Notes: a model not told the origin generated them from the letters alone. A stretch of DNA of 64,000 bases from an uncultured Gammaproteobacteria bacterium (GCA_964415615.1 CAYQAW010000001.1:40593-104592); one strand, 5' to 3'; shown: positions 8,761 to 19,145, counted from the stretch's first letter. Numbers and translations are program-made.

Positions 8761-11050
8761 TGTATTTTCTTTTTAATAAATTTCTTGACAAGATAAATAA
8801 AACCGCCACCAAGGACATGATTGACAACACAATCGATTCATTAAGATAAGATGGTTTATATTTGAATTCAATAATATTTGAGCCAGCTGGAGCCTTGACC
8901 GCTCTAAATAAATAATTGGCTTGATATATAGATATTTCCTTACCATTCAAGTAAGCTTTCCAACCCGGAAAATTAGTGTCAGTTAGAACCAGTATGCCGT
9001 CATTAGATGAAATATAATCAATCTTTACGTAATCTGACTTATAAGTAGAGATTATCCCGGGTTTGATAGTAGTAGAATTACCTATTCCATTAAATTCTCC
9101 CGTATCTTTAGTTTCTAAAATAACAGTATTGGGATCAAAATTCTCTGCAGTTACTAAACTAAAAGCCTCTGAATCATTTTTTGCTTGAGACCATTGACTT
9201 GTTATATAAACTCTTGGTAAAGGACTATCAACAATTACTAAGCTATTGTTAAAATAAAGATATCTTACTGACCCAATCTTAAACAGATCTGTTTTACCTG
9301 CAAACCATTGCCTCTCTGCTTCATTCTGCCATTTTTCAAATCTCTTTAGCGGTAATGAAGCAAAACCATTAGCCTCCGGTATATGATGGGGTATCAATTG
9401 ATCAGGCATTAATCCGGTCCAGTCATGACTGAATGTATAGACCCGACCCGTGCTGTATGTTAATTCATTTTTCAACTTATTAATAGTAGAATCTTCACTG
9501 TTAATAAGTTCATTGAAATTTTTCCAGATATTTACTTTACTTGCAAAAAAGAATAAATCTGCAATAACAAATATAATAATAGCCATCTTAATGATGAAGG
9601 CCCTAAACCCATTACAAATTAATATAATAATTAATGCTGATAAGCTAATAAAAATTAATCCTATTTTTGTTTGTTCTTGGAAAGAATACAAAACCATCCG
9701 CTGCATAGAAGCAGGATTACCCAAATCTGTCACATAACCTAATTTTGAATAATTTTGTAGGATAAAATCGTAAATCTGTCCCGGATAAAATCTTGCAAAC
9801 GAAAAACCTACTATCACAACAATAAAGATTAAAAAGCTTGCTAAAATAATAGTTCCATTAATTTTAATTCCTTTTAATTCCCTCCGTTGGAATAGTACGG
9901 TGAATCCTAATCCTGCTAAGATTGCCAAGGAAAAATCAACTAGAAAAAGAAACCTTCCGGGAGCTCTTAGACCATCAAAGATCGGAATATGTAATAAAAT
10001 TTTATACAAGGGGGTATTTTTACCAAGAGCTAATATTAAACTAATCAACAAAAGCATAAAGAATAACATTGCCTTTTTTCTTGTTTCTTTTAAAAATGCA
10101 AAAGACGCAAGAAATAACGTTATAATTCCAACGTACCCCGTGGTTTCTATTTGACCCCAATAACCCCAAAAATGCCAAGTCATAGATGCTGTCCAGGGCT
10201 GCAAACTATTGAAATAAAAATTGGGAAAGAAAAAAGTAATAAAATCGAAAAAAGAGAACGATGAATTTGTGGCATCAGCAAAGCTAACACCCTGATTCCT
10301 TATAGATAGAAGGATTAATCCTATTGAATATAAAACATAGGGCAGAGAAATCATGAGGGCTATCCCTAACATGATAAATATCCCTACGATATTAAATATT
10401 TTAGATTGCGACCTTAGAAATAAATATAAGGTTACATAAATTATTGTCATTATGGGAATATTGGGATGACCCGTAAGAAGCTGTAAACCAAATGATGCAC
10501 CAGCTAATATAAAATACTGCTGTTTTTGTCTTGAAATTGCTAACTCTATAAAGAGTAATATTAATGGTAAATAAGCATAGGCATAAATATGACTAAAATA
10601 TTGCATATGGGCGATAATGAAACCATTAAACATAAAGACCACTCCAGCAAATAGAGCTGCAAATCTATTTAGGTTAATTTTCCTTGCAAAAAGATAAGTA
10701 CACATTCCGGCCAAGAAAACATGAAGAAAAGAAAGAATAAATACCGTCAGACGAAGTGGCAAAAAAATATGTATAATACTCAATGGATAAAACCAAGGTA
10801 TTTGTCCATCTCCTCCAATTGGAAATCCAAAATATATATCAGTTGTCCATAATGGCAAATGCAAAGACTTAAATGCTTCATCCATCAAATATATAAATGG
10901 AAGTACTATTTTGGGAGTATCAAAACCCCAAATTATTTGATCGCCAAAAAAACCGTTGAAGAAATATACAAAGCTTAGTAGAAATAGAACTAAAATAACT
11001 GTTAAAGCTTTATAGTTTGCAAAAAGTTTTTTAAATTTATGGATTTCCAT
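8747..11050 (-). CDS. YfhO-family membrane protein (GT-C fold)
   Basis: LPLWT..YFGFP, LRAPGRF, C-terminal FPGWKAYLNG...ANYLFRAV...IEFKYKP. Confidence 0.85.
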   Translation of the reverse strand: MEIHKFKKLFANYKALTVILVLFLLSFVYFFNGFFGDQIIWGFDTPKIVLPFIYLMDEAFKSLHLPLWTTDIYFGFPIGGDGQIPWFYPLSIIHIFLPLRLTVFILSFLHVFLAGMCTYLFARKINLNRFAALFAGVVFMFNGFIIAHMQYFSHIYAYAYLPLILLFIELAISRQKQQYFILAGASFGLQLLTGHPNIPIMTIIYVTLYLFLRSQSKIFNIVGIFIMLGIALMISLPYVLYSIGLILLSIRNQGVSFADATNSSFSFFDFITFFFPNFYFNSLQPWTASMTWHFWGYWGQIETTGYVGIITLFLASFAFLKETRKKAMLFFMLLLISLILALGKNTPLYKILLHIPIFDGLRAPGRFLFLVDFSLAILAGLGFTVLFQRRELKGIKINGTIILASFLIFIVVIVGFSFARFYPGQIYDFILQNYSKLGYVTDLGNPASMQRMVLYSFQEQTKIGLIFISLSALIIILICNGFRAFIIKMAIIIFVIADLFFFASKVNIWKNFNELINSEDSTINKLKNELTYSTGRVYTFSHDWTGLMPDQLIPHHIPEANGFASLPLKRFEKWQNEAERQWFAGKTDLFKIGSVRYLYFNNSLVIVDSPLPRVYITSQWSQAKNDSEAFSLVTAENFDPNTVILETKDTGEFNGIGNSTTIKPGIISTYKSDYVKIDYISSNDGILVLTDTNFPGWKAYLNGKEISIYQANYLFRAVKAPAGSNIIEFKYKPSYLNESIVLSIMSLVAVLFILSRNLLKRKYNEQN

Positions 11051-11105
11051 TAAAATGCAGCTACGTAAAGTATATTATAATGAGAATCAATATACTAAAT
11101 AATTT

Positions 11106-12335
11106 ATGATTAAAAGGATTATTTTTTTGATTTCATTATTAAGATTCGCCTTTATTTTAGTTCCTAGTTTCAAAATAGATATGACAGATTGGCAGGCTTG
11201 GAGTGCCAGAATAGCAGAGGTTACTCCACTTCATTTCTACAACCCGAATTATTTCGCTGATTATTTTCCCGGATATCTCTATATGCTTTGGTTCTTAGGT
11301 AAGTCTTTCTATATTCTACTCCCGCATTTATCTGTATTTAGTATCGAATTCGAGATCTACTTAAAATTATTTACTAATCTATTTGATTTAGGAACTGCAT
11401 ACTATATTTATAAGATTGTTTACAGGTATCAACATAAATTTGCATTAATTGCTCCAATTTTTTATCTTGCTAATCCTGCTCTTGTTTTCAATTCTTCTGT
11501 TTGGGGACAAGTCGATGGGATTCTAGCATTTTTCCTAGTTTATTCTGCATATTGTTTAATAGAGCTCAAAAAAGCTTATCGTTCTAATTTCTTTTCGGCT
11601 TTGTCAATTATTATCAAACCTCAAGGATTAGCAATATTTCCAGTTATGATTATTTATCTTCTTTCGAATTTTAACTTCAAAAAGTACTTTAGTTTATTAA
11701 TAATCCCCGCTCTACTGATTCTCCTCTCTTTGCCGTTCTTTCTAAAAGATCCAATACTAGGACTCTTACATCTATTTCAAAAAAGCGCTAATACATATCC
11801 TTATACCTCAATGTTTTCCTATAACTTCTGGTCCTTTGCTGGATGGTGGAAACCAGACTCAACTAGATTTTTAGACCTTACTTTTCAAACCTGGGGAATA
11901 GCATTTTACCTAACATCATTAATCTTTATCTCGCTACCTTTAATTTTTAGAAGGAATCAGGATAACTTTTCTATATATTTTGCCTTGGCTTTAGCAAGCT
12001 TTGCATTTTTTCTATTCTTAACTAGAATTCACCAACGATATCTTTTTCCATTTTTTTCATTTCTATTAATCACCACTTTTATAAAAAACTCCTTGAAACT
12101 AAAAACTATTTATATTGCTCTTTCCTTAATCCATTTCATTAATCTGTGGTACGTTTATTATTACTATAATTATGTATATCTAAATCCTAAATTTTCATCT
12201 CTTTTAATTTACAAATTCTTAAGCGCAAACTATAATTTATTCACCCTGCTTAATTTGTTTGGTTTCGGATTATTGGTCTTGATATATTATAAAGCTGGAT
12301 ATACTAAGAAAAATCATGTTCAAAAAATTTCTTAA
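11106..12335 (+). CDS. GT-C integral membrane glycosyltransferase (mannosyltransferase-like)
   Basis: DYFPGY, NSSVWGQVD, KPQG, TRIHQRY motifs. Confidence 0.75.
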   Translation: MIKRIIFLISLLRFAFILVPSFKIDMTDWQAWSARIAEVTPLHFYNPNYFADYFPGYLYMLWFLGKSFYILLPHLSVFSIEFEIYLKLFTNLFDLGTAYYIYKIVYRYQHKFALIAPIFYLANPALVFNSSVWGQVDGILAFFLVYSAYCLIELKKAYRSNFFSALSIIIKPQGLAIFPVMIIYLLSNFNFKKYFSLLIIPALLILLSLPFFLKDPILGLLHLFQKSANTYPYTSMFSYNFWSFAGWWKPDSTRFLDLTFQTWGIAFYLTSLIFISLPLIFRRNQDNFSIYFALALASFAFFLFLTRIHQRYLFPFFSFLLITTFIKNSLKLKTIYIALSLIHFINLWYVYYYYNYVYLNPKFSSLLIYKFLSANYNLFTLLNLFGFGLLVLIYYKAGYTKKNHVQKIS

Positions 12336-13530
12336 ACCAAGAAGTATTTTAATTACAATTTTAATTGTAACAGCTTTTCTTCGCTTGTACCGCCTGGATT
12401 ATCCAAATAAATATGTCTTTGATGAAGTTTACCATGCTTATACCGCTAAAGAATATTTAAAGGGTAACAAAGACGCCTGGAGCCCCTGGGGTAAATCACC
12501 GCCAGGCGTGGCTTTTGAATGGCTGCATCCACCTATTGCCAAAGAACTCATGACAGCTTCAATGTTTATCCTGCATAACACTGATGCTTGGGCTTATAGA
12601 TTACCAGGGGCTCTCTTAGGAATCTTATCAGTATTTTTAGTTTATAAATTAGCAATATTGCTTTTAAAAAACGAGACTGCTGCCTTACTGTCTGCTTTTA
12701 TTTTTTCCATTGACGGATTAGTCTTTGTCCAATCTAGAACTGCTATGAATGACGCTTATCTTGTAGCTTTTATTTTACTAAGTGTTATTTTTTTCGTAAA
12801 ACAAAGATATATTTTAGCAGCGGTTTTCATGGGTATATCTATGTCCACAAAGTGGACGGGAGTTTATTTAGTTCTTTTTTATTTACCAATTCTTTTATAT
12901 CAACGCCAGTTCAGTAAACTAAGCTATTTTATACTAATCCCTCCTATCATTTATTTCATAAGCTACATTCATTATTTTTTGATGGGTTATAATTTAAGTG
13001 ATTTACTCGAATTACACAAGCAAATTTGGTGGTATCAAACTCACTTAAAAGCAACACATGCTTATTCTTCTCCCTGGTGGTCATGGCCACTTAATTTATA
13101 TCCAGTTTGGTATTTCGTGGATTATCAAAAAAATAACATTGCTAATATCTTTGCCTCAGGCAATCCTGTTGTTTTTTGGGTAGGTAGCGCTACTGTAATA
13201 CTTACGATGATAGAAGCAATAAAGAAAAAAGCTTTAAATCTATTATTAATTTCATTGGGATTTATTGTCTTCTGGTTACCATGGGCGCTGTCTCCTAGAA
13301 TTATGTTCTTATATCATTTCAGTCCTTCTGTTCCATTTCTATCCCTTGCTTTGGGTCACCAGTTAAATTCAATTTTGAAGAACAAAGAAGAAAGGAAATT
13401 AGCTATAACTATTCTAATCCTGATAATATTAAGTTTTATTTTGCTCTTTCCATTTTTAACAGGAGTACCTATTCCAAGAAGTTTTGTTAAAATATTTTTC
13501 CTCTTTAATTTATCAAAAAATCCTTTTTAA
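12316..13530 (+). CDS. Protein O-mannosyltransferase family (GT39/PMT)
   Basis: VFDEVYH, HPPIAK, SRTAMND, HAYSSPWWSWP, GNPVVFW motifs. Confidence 0.88.
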   Translation: MFKKFLKPRSILITILIVTAFLRLYRLDYPNKYVFDEVYHAYTAKEYLKGNKDAWSPWGKSPPGVAFEWLHPPIAKELMTASMFILHNTDAWAYRLPGALLGILSVFLVYKLAILLLKNETAALLSAFIFSIDGLVFVQSRTAMNDAYLVAFILLSVIFFVKQRYILAAVFMGISMSTKWTGVYLVLFYLPILLYQRQFSKLSYFILIPPIIYFISYIHYFLMGYNLSDLLELHKQIWWYQTHLKATHAYSSPWWSWPLNLYPVWYFVDYQKNNIANIFASGNPVVFWVGSATVILTMIEAIKKKALNLLLISLGFIVFWLPWALSPRIMFLYHFSPSVPFLSLALGHQLNSILKNKEERKLAITILILIILSFILLFPFLTGVPIPRSFVKIFFLFNLSKNPF

Positions 13531-13535
13531 AAAAA

Positions 13536-13820
13536 TCATTCATTCTTCCCAAAAACCCAAGGTGTCTGAGTTTTAACCTGTTTCTCTTTTTTTCTATTCT
13601 TATTCAATAAATCACTCTTTTCTAACATCCTAGCTACCCTAATAACTGTGTCTGTACCTACTTTCATTTGCTCGGCTATTTTTCTAATAGACAAACCTTT
13701 CTCAAGATACTGAATAATTTGCCAGCGGTTCTTCAACATTCTTATTTCAGACGGCGTGAGTAAATTAGCAATAACATAATCAGGAACAGAAATATTTTTA
13801 ACTTTAAGTGGTTTTGCCAT
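13536..13820 (-). CDS. TrpR-like (YerC/YecD) HTH protein
   Basis: LLTPSEIRMLKNRWQI...SIRKIA...GTDTVIRVARML. Confidence 0.8.
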   Translation of the reverse strand: MAKPLKVKNISVPDYVIANLLTPSEIRMLKNRWQIIQYLEKGLSIRKIAEQMKVGTDTVIRVARMLEKSDLLNKNRKKEKQVKTQTPWVFGKNE

Positions 13821-13831
13821 GTATTCTTATT

Positions 13832-14719
13832 TTATATTACCCAATCTTTAAAATTATTGGCAAACTTATAATTAGGTTTTGCAGCCAAGGATTCATCTAA
13901 GAATCCTCCTATTGCCCGTGCTGCCAGTACTACTTTTAATTTATCCTTTTTATATCCTCTCATCAGTAACCTGGAATAAATATCTTGAGCAATTAAGGGA
14001 TTTTTCAAAACACTAAAAACTCTTTGAATAAAATAACAGATATCATAATTTTCAACGCTATTTGGCTTAGCATGCTCCCCATCAATTAACCCTAATCTAC
14101 CTTCTCTTAAATTTAAAATATGCCAAGGCGCAAAATCACCATGCCTAGGATAACCTATTAATTCACCAACTCCTTTTTCAACAATCTCCAAAAGAAGTTC
14201 CAGTTTATACTTTTTGCGGATACCAACTGGGACATCGGCAAACCATAGATTAACCTTATCAATAAATCTTTTCCTATAATCACCTTCTTCGTAAGGCATT
14301 TTTTGTATTAATTCAGCAAGCTCAATCACCTGAGATATATAATCTGTCAGATGAAATGACAGTAATTCTCCATCAAAAAATTCTGTAATTAAATAGAAAT
14401 ATTTCTTTTTATAAAAACCACTGTCATAATTTTTGGGGACATTATATAAAAAACCTGATGGAAAATATTTATTAAAATAATCATTCCAATTATATTCATT
14501 TTTGGTAATAACACTGATTCCCTCACTGGTTGATAATTTTAAAAAATAAGTCTCACTATTTTTTGTAAGAATTCCCAGCACATGCCTGCCCCCATTCCAG
14601 AGCTTTTTGACATAATAATTTTTAGAAAAGAATAATTCTATCTTACCAAGATCTAAATTTTCCCCGAGACGATAATCAAGGATTTTATTTCCAGAAACAA
14701 CCTTAAATGAGTTCAGCAC
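13832..14719 (-). CDS. APH/choline-kinase-like phosphotransferase
   Basis: YFLK lysine, HGDFAPWH catalytic loop, LIDGE metal-binding motif. Confidence 0.75.
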   Translation of the reverse strand: MLNSFKVVSGNKILDYRLGENLDLGKIELFFSKNYYVKKLWNGGRHVLGILTKNSETYFLKLSTSEGISVITKNEYNWNDYFNKYFPSGFLYNVPKNYDSGFYKKKYFYLITEFFDGELLSFHLTDYISQVIELAELIQKMPYEEGDYRKRFIDKVNLWFADVPVGIRKKYKLELLLEIVEKGVGELIGYPRHGDFAPWHILNLREGRLGLIDGEHAKPNSVENYDICYFIQRVFSVLKNPLIAQDIYSRLLMRGYKKDKLKVVLAARAIGGFLDESLAAKPNYKFANNFKDWVI

Positions 14720-14991
14720 TATTTAATTAATCTTTTGAGAGTCTTACCAGCAGTAAAGCCAGGAGTCTTTTTACTGGGAATTTGAATATTTTCTCCTGTT
14801 TGAGGATTCCTGCCTCTTCTTGCTGCTCTGGATCTTATCAGAAAAGTTCCAAAACCAGTAATAACCACTTTTTCACCTCTTACTAACCCATCTCTGATTA
14901 AATTAAAGGTAGAATTAACTGCATCAGAGGAGGCTCTTTTTGTTAGATGTGCCTTCTTGGCCACTTTTTCGATTAATTCATTTTTTGTCAT
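14719..14991 (-). CDS. hup: DNA-binding protein HU
   Basis: MTKNELI, GFGTF, GRNPQTGE. Confidence 0.96.
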   Translation of the reverse strand: MTKNELIEKVAKKAHLTKRASSDAVNSTFNLIRDGLVRGEKVVITGFGTFLIRSRAARRGRNPQTGENIQIPSKKTPGFTAGKTLKRLIK

Positions 14992-15045
14992 ATGAATATG
15001 GATAAATTTACCAAATGTTTTGATCTTTGTAAAGCCCCAAAATCA

Positions 15046-16371
15046 TTATGTAGTCATGGTAGTTTCAGATATTCTTGTTTCCCTGATGGCAGTGATCTTG
15101 ACAGCTCCTGGCACCATTACTTCTTTGGAAATTCTTTCAGCTATATCATGGACAAGCTTTGGTAGTTCATCATCTGAAATTCTCTCTGGAACAACAATAA
15201 CTCTAACTTCTCTACCTGCTTGTACTGCAAAAGCTTTCTCCACTGCATCAAAGGAGGTGGCAATTTTTTCTATATCATCCATTCTCTTAATATAATCTCC
15301 AACATTTTCATGCCTGGCTCCAGGTCTTCCTCCAGAAATAGAATCAGAAATATAAACCAAAATTGACTCAACAGCAGAAAAAGGTTTATCTTCGTGATGC
15401 TCTGCAATACAGTTGATAATTTTTTCTGGTAAATTAAACTTTTTAGCAAGAGCAACACCTTTGTCGACATGGGTACCTTCATCTCCTTCTGTAACAACTT
15501 TACCTATGTCATGAAGCAGACATCCTATCCTTACTACATTAACATCTGCTCCAATCTCCCGAGCTAGTGCAATACCAATTTGGGTTTCCTCTTGGGTGTG
15601 TAAAATTAAATTCTGGCCATAAGAGTATCTATATTTAAATCTACCAATAATATCCATCAGTTCTACTGGAAGATTATAAACTCCTACATCATGACAAAGC
15701 TTTTCTCCAGCTGCCCTCATAAGTTTATTAATATCTGCTTCAGTCTTTTCTACAATTTCTTCAATTTTCTGTGGTTGAATCCTACCATCTTCCATTAATC
15801 TTTCCAGAGAGACTTTAGCAATTTCTCTTCTCACTGGATCAAATGAGGAAAGTATCAAAGTATCAGGAATTTCATCATCCATTACTACATCAACACCAGT
15901 GACTTGTTCAAAAGTTCTAACATTTCTACCTTCTTTACCAATAATTCTACCTTTCATTTCCTCATCAGGAAGTTTTACTTTAGAAGTAGTAAATTCAGAA
16001 ATATAGTCTGTTACCCCATGAAGCATGGCATCTGCTAAAATATCTTTTGCTTTTTCATCAGCAGTTATTTTTATTTCTTCCTCAGCTTCTTTAATCTTTT
16101 TGGAAATTTCACCTGCCAACTCTTGATCTAAATTTTCAAGGAGAATTTTTTGAGCTTCATCACGGGATACAGAGGAAACTTTTTCTAACTTAGAGACCAG
16201 ATCCTTTCTAGCCTTCTCTAGCTGCTCAAGTTTTTCATCAACTAATTTTTGCTTCTCAGAAATCTGCCTTTCTCTTTCTTCTAGTATTCCTTCTCTCTTA
16301 GCAAGTTCTGCTGAAGAGTTGGTTTGTTGATATGTCTGATCTGACTTAATAGGACCAAATGTTCTTTGCAT
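15046..16371 (-). CDS. rny: Ribonuclease Y
   Basis: Coiled coil, KH domain (KGRIIGKEGRN), HD motif (LLHDIGK), QAGREVRV. Confidence 0.96.
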   Translation of the reverse strand: MQRTFGPIKSDQTYQQTNSSAELAKREGILEERERQISEKQKLVDEKLEQLEKARKDLVSKLEKVSSVSRDEAQKILLENLDQELAGEISKKIKEAEEEIKITADEKAKDILADAMLHGVTDYISEFTTSKVKLPDEEMKGRIIGKEGRNVRTFEQVTGVDVVMDDEIPDTLILSSFDPVRREIAKVSLERLMEDGRIQPQKIEEIVEKTEADINKLMRAAGEKLCHDVGVYNLPVELMDIIGRFKYRYSYGQNLILHTQEETQIGIALAREIGADVNVVRIGCLLHDIGKVVTEGDEGTHVDKGVALAKKFNLPEKIINCIAEHHEDKPFSAVESILVYISDSISGGRPGARHENVGDYIKRMDDIEKIATSFDAVEKAFAVQAGREVRVIVVPERISDDELPKLVHDIAERISKEVMVPGAVKITAIRETRISETTMTT

Positions 16372-16651
16372 ATTAGTTTGAAGATCTGAAAAAATACCTA
16401 AAGTTAATCAGGATTGACAGGGGTATTTAATTTTAGAAAGTTTACTTTCATAAATTTACCTCAATTTTTCAGATTCCATTATTATTTTACTCTTTTCCTA
16501 TCACTTTTTCAACACTCATCACTCTAAAACCAAATTTAATCCTGACGTACCCGTGATTTGAGACGATCGTATAAATATACGGGTATGGTACCCAACAATT
16601 TTTCTAACAATTACTGGTATTCAAGTATTTTTTATATTAATAGATTTACCA

Positions 16652-16684
16652 AGAAAAAATTTTCCAAGCTATCAAGCTTTGGAA
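16652..16684 (-). terminator. Intrinsic terminator of the 16706 gene
   Basis: TTCCAAAGCT/AGCTTGGAA hairpin followed by a U-rich tract on the minus strand. Confidence 0.6.
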
Positions 16685-16705
16685 GGAAAACTTAACAAGA
16701 GCATG

Positions 16706-17404
16706 TTATAGGTCATTTGTCAAATTCTGCTGTGGCTTTGTTCCAGATTCAATAACTTTAACTGCTATTTCCTTCACCTGTCTGGTTGCATCTTCCAAAG
16801 CTTTTTTCAAAACTTCAATCTCCGTATTCAACCTGTTATTTTCTGTAGTTAAGTTGTTAATTTTTAAATTTAAAATATCTTTTTCTGACTTTTGTTCCTG
16901 CTCTTTCATTTTCCGTTCTGTTTCAAATTTGGAAACTAATTCTTTTCGCAGAAGTTCTTGAGCTGTAGATACTGCTTTTTCTTTTTCGCCATCAAATCCA
17001 TCTGTTGTCTTGCGCAGTTGAATCAACTCTGCTTTTTCCTGATTCAGGATTTCCTGCTGATCTTTTAGCTGCTTTTCCCATATAGCTTTTTTGTCAGTAA
17101 ATTCATCTTCTGCTATCTTCCTTCTTCTGGCTGTTTCATATTCATAAGTTTCTTTATTCCTTTTTCTCTCCAGTTCTTCCTGAATATTCCGATCCTCAAC
17201 ATCTTTGTCATGATTCTTCTGTTCCAAACTCCAGGATTCTTTGGTCTTGGTAATCTCTTTTTGCAATAGCTCAAATTCAGATTGAAGATCGGAAAAATTT
17301 TTAAGTAAGGCAGCAAACGGATCAATTTTAGTTGTCTTAACAGTTTCCGTCTCTTCAACAGGTTCTTCAATTGTCTTTTTGCTTTTAACAGTTCTAACTG
17401 CCAT
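16706..17404 (-). CDS. Coiled-coil hypothetical protein
   Basis: E/K-rich heptads; ATG 17404 follows a TTGACA-17-TAGAAT promoter. Confidence 0.75.
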   Translation of the reverse strand: MAVRTVKSKKTIEEPVEETETVKTTKIDPFAALLKNFSDLQSEFELLQKEITKTKESWSLEQKNHDKDVEDRNIQEELERKRNKETYEYETARRRKIAEDEFTDKKAIWEKQLKDQQEILNQEKAELIQLRKTTDGFDGEKEKAVSTAQELLRKELVSKFETERKMKEQEQKSEKDILNLKINNLTTENNRLNTEIEVLKKALEDATRQVKEIAVKVIESGTKPQQNLTNDL

Positions 17405-17473
17405 TGTGCTGATGATTCTATAGGACATCAGTTGGTTTGTCAAGATCAAATATTTGCAAACAAAATTTTTCTA

Positions 17474-17722
17474 TTATTGATAGTGGTCGTTTATGTCAAT
17501 AATTTCAATTTTTCCGTCTTCTGTTGTACCGAAAATTACCCTATATTTTCTATCAATGCGAAATGAATGCAATTTCGAATGTTGAAGTTTTAAAATTTCC
17601 GTATGAAGTGAGGGATATCTTGGATTTTCTTTAAATAGTCTTAGTTGCTTATTAAACTTTTTGGTTAGATGATGTTTTTCAAGAAATACAACCAGATCTG
17701 CCCGTAATGGCTTAACGTTCAT
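17474..17722 (-). CDS. RelE/ParE-superfamily toxin
   Basis: NPRYPSLHTEIL...SFRIDRKYRVIF...IDINDHY; ATG overlaps the end of the antitoxin. Confidence 0.8.
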   Translation of the reverse strand: MNVKPLRADLVVFLEKHHLTKKFNKQLRLFKENPRYPSLHTEILKLQHSKLHSFRIDRKYRVIFGTTEDGKIEIIDINDHYQ

Positions 17723-17984
17723 AAAAAGAAGACTTACTAAGTCCTTTAATAACGCTATCAATAAATTTCTTATTGTACTTACCTGTTTTTTCAAAATCGG
17801 CTCTGATCTCTTCTAATGGCTTGGGAACAAAAGGCTCAAACCTGAATTCCTCCTTAGGATAAGAGAGATATCTCCTGAGTATGTTTCTAATAAATTCTGA
17901 ACGGGTTGAAAAACCCTGCTTTTTAGCTTCCATATCTACCTTTTTTGCTATTTGGCCTGGTAAAGAAATTGTGATAGTTGACAT
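17712..17984 (-). CDS. Ribbon-helix-helix (CopG-like) antitoxin
   Basis: MSTITISLP...FSTRSEFIRNILR; tandem TAACAATATT x2 (17984-18003) is a possible operator. Confidence 0.8.
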   Translation of the reverse strand: MSTITISLPGQIAKKVDMEAKKQGFSTRSEFIRNILRRYLSYPKEEFRFEPFVPKPLEEIRADFEKTGKYNKKFIDSVIKGLSKSSFYER

Positions 17985-18005
17985 AACAATATTTAACAAT
18001 ATTTC

Positions 18006-18635
18006 TTAATTTTTGTCAATAACTTGTTTGATTATTTCATATTCAAATCCTTTTCTCATTAAAAACTCAAATGCTTTTTTCTTAAATTCTAAGGGGTCTA
18101 AATTTTTCCAAAATCTCATTTTCTTTTCCAAAGCTTGTTTTGCCAGCTCCTCTTCATTGAACTCTTGACTCTCGACTCTAGTCACTTCCTCAATAATTTC
18201 TTTATCAATCCCTTTTTGGAAAAGTTCTGCTTTAATTGCTCTTATTCCTTTTTGTTTACTCTTCCTTCTTGCTTCTACCCAAGCTTTAGCAAACTCTAAA
18301 TCGTGAACCATCCCTTTTTTCTTTAAATTTTCCACCAAAGCATCTACTACCAATTGACTTATTTCTTCTTTTCTTCTGACTCTAAAATAATCCCTAACTT
18401 CTTTTTCCGAATGTTGTCTAATGCCAAACCATCTGTACATCCTCTCCATTAATTTTCCTACTTCTGCCTCAAATAAAATTTTCTCCAGATCTTCTGGGGT
18501 TATAACTTTCCCAACCACCAATCTTCTATTGACTACTAAATCTTCATCTGCTCCAAATGCAAATTCCCCATCCAAAAATACATTAAATCTTCGTGGATTC
18601 TTTTTTTGTGGCTCTACTGAAGTAATCTTAGACAT
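18006..18635 (-). CDS. recX: Regulatory protein RecX
   Basis: RQHSEKEVRDY, DLEFAKAWV, IKAELFQKGI, FLMRKGF; near recA. Confidence 0.92.
   Translation of the reverse strand: MSKITSVEPQKKNPRRFNVFLDGEFAFGADEDLVVNRRLVVGKVITPEDLEKILFEAEVGKLMERMYRWFGIRQHSEKEVRDYFRVRRKEEISQLVVDALVENLKKKGMVHDLEFAKAWVEARRKSKQKGIRAIKAELFQKGIDKEIIEEVTRVESQEFNEEELAKQALEKKMRFWKNLDPLEFKKKAFEFLMRKGFEYEIIKQVIDKN
18158..18186. repeat. Degenerate GAGTCAA-type heptamer array inside recX
   Basis: Minus strand GAGTCGA GAGTCAA GAGTTCA (RVESQEF); same unit family as the rplQ array. Confidence 0.6.
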
Positions 18636-18641
18636 TTATAC

Positions 18642-19145
18642 TTAAGGATTTCTATTAGTAGAAAGCGCAGCTCTAATTCTGGAAAGAGCTGGTGGTCTCA
18701 CTTTTACATCATGTTCCCCTAAAGTATTAACAACTGCTTGAACTATTCGACCAGTATTAATATCCGATATAAATTTTCCTTCAATACATTCATCAAATAA
18801 TCTAGTCTCCGGAGAATCAACAGATTTTATGTATTGATCTTCGAGAACTCGAAACTCATCAGCATTCATGGAACCAAGCTCGCATCCATCAACCTTAATC
18901 CTTCTTACACCCTCAATTTCAATCGAGACACCAGTTCTTGCAAAAGAATGCTTTTCGTTTTCTACTACAATGCAACCCTGCTTTTGACAGCCACCACAAA
19001 CCATATCTTCAGGAACTAAAACCTGTTTTGGAGGAGGCATTGTTGCTCTAATTAGAGGATAACCATTATCACCTTTGACAACTTTAAACTTAACTCCCTC
19101 TGCAGCTAATTTTGTCAGTTCATTATTATCTTCACGTTCTGGCAT
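18642..19145 (-). CDS. Hypothetical protein between recA and recX (CxxCxxxxC)
   Basis: 167-aa ORF with its own -10-like TACAAT 7 nt upstream. Confidence 0.65.
   Translation of the reverse strand: MPEREDNNELTKLAAEGVKFKVVKGDNGYPLIRATMPPPKQVLVPEDMVCGGCQKQGCIVVENEKHSFARTGVSIEIEGVRRIKVDGCELGSMNADEFRVLEDQYIKSVDSPETRLFDECIEGKFISDINTGRIVQAVVNTLGEHDVKVRPPALSRIRAALSTNRNP

Noticed and set aside
16476-16650. Possible 6S RNA upstream of rny
   Set aside because: Only a short TACCCGT/ACGGGTA stem; no long rod with a central bubble could be found.
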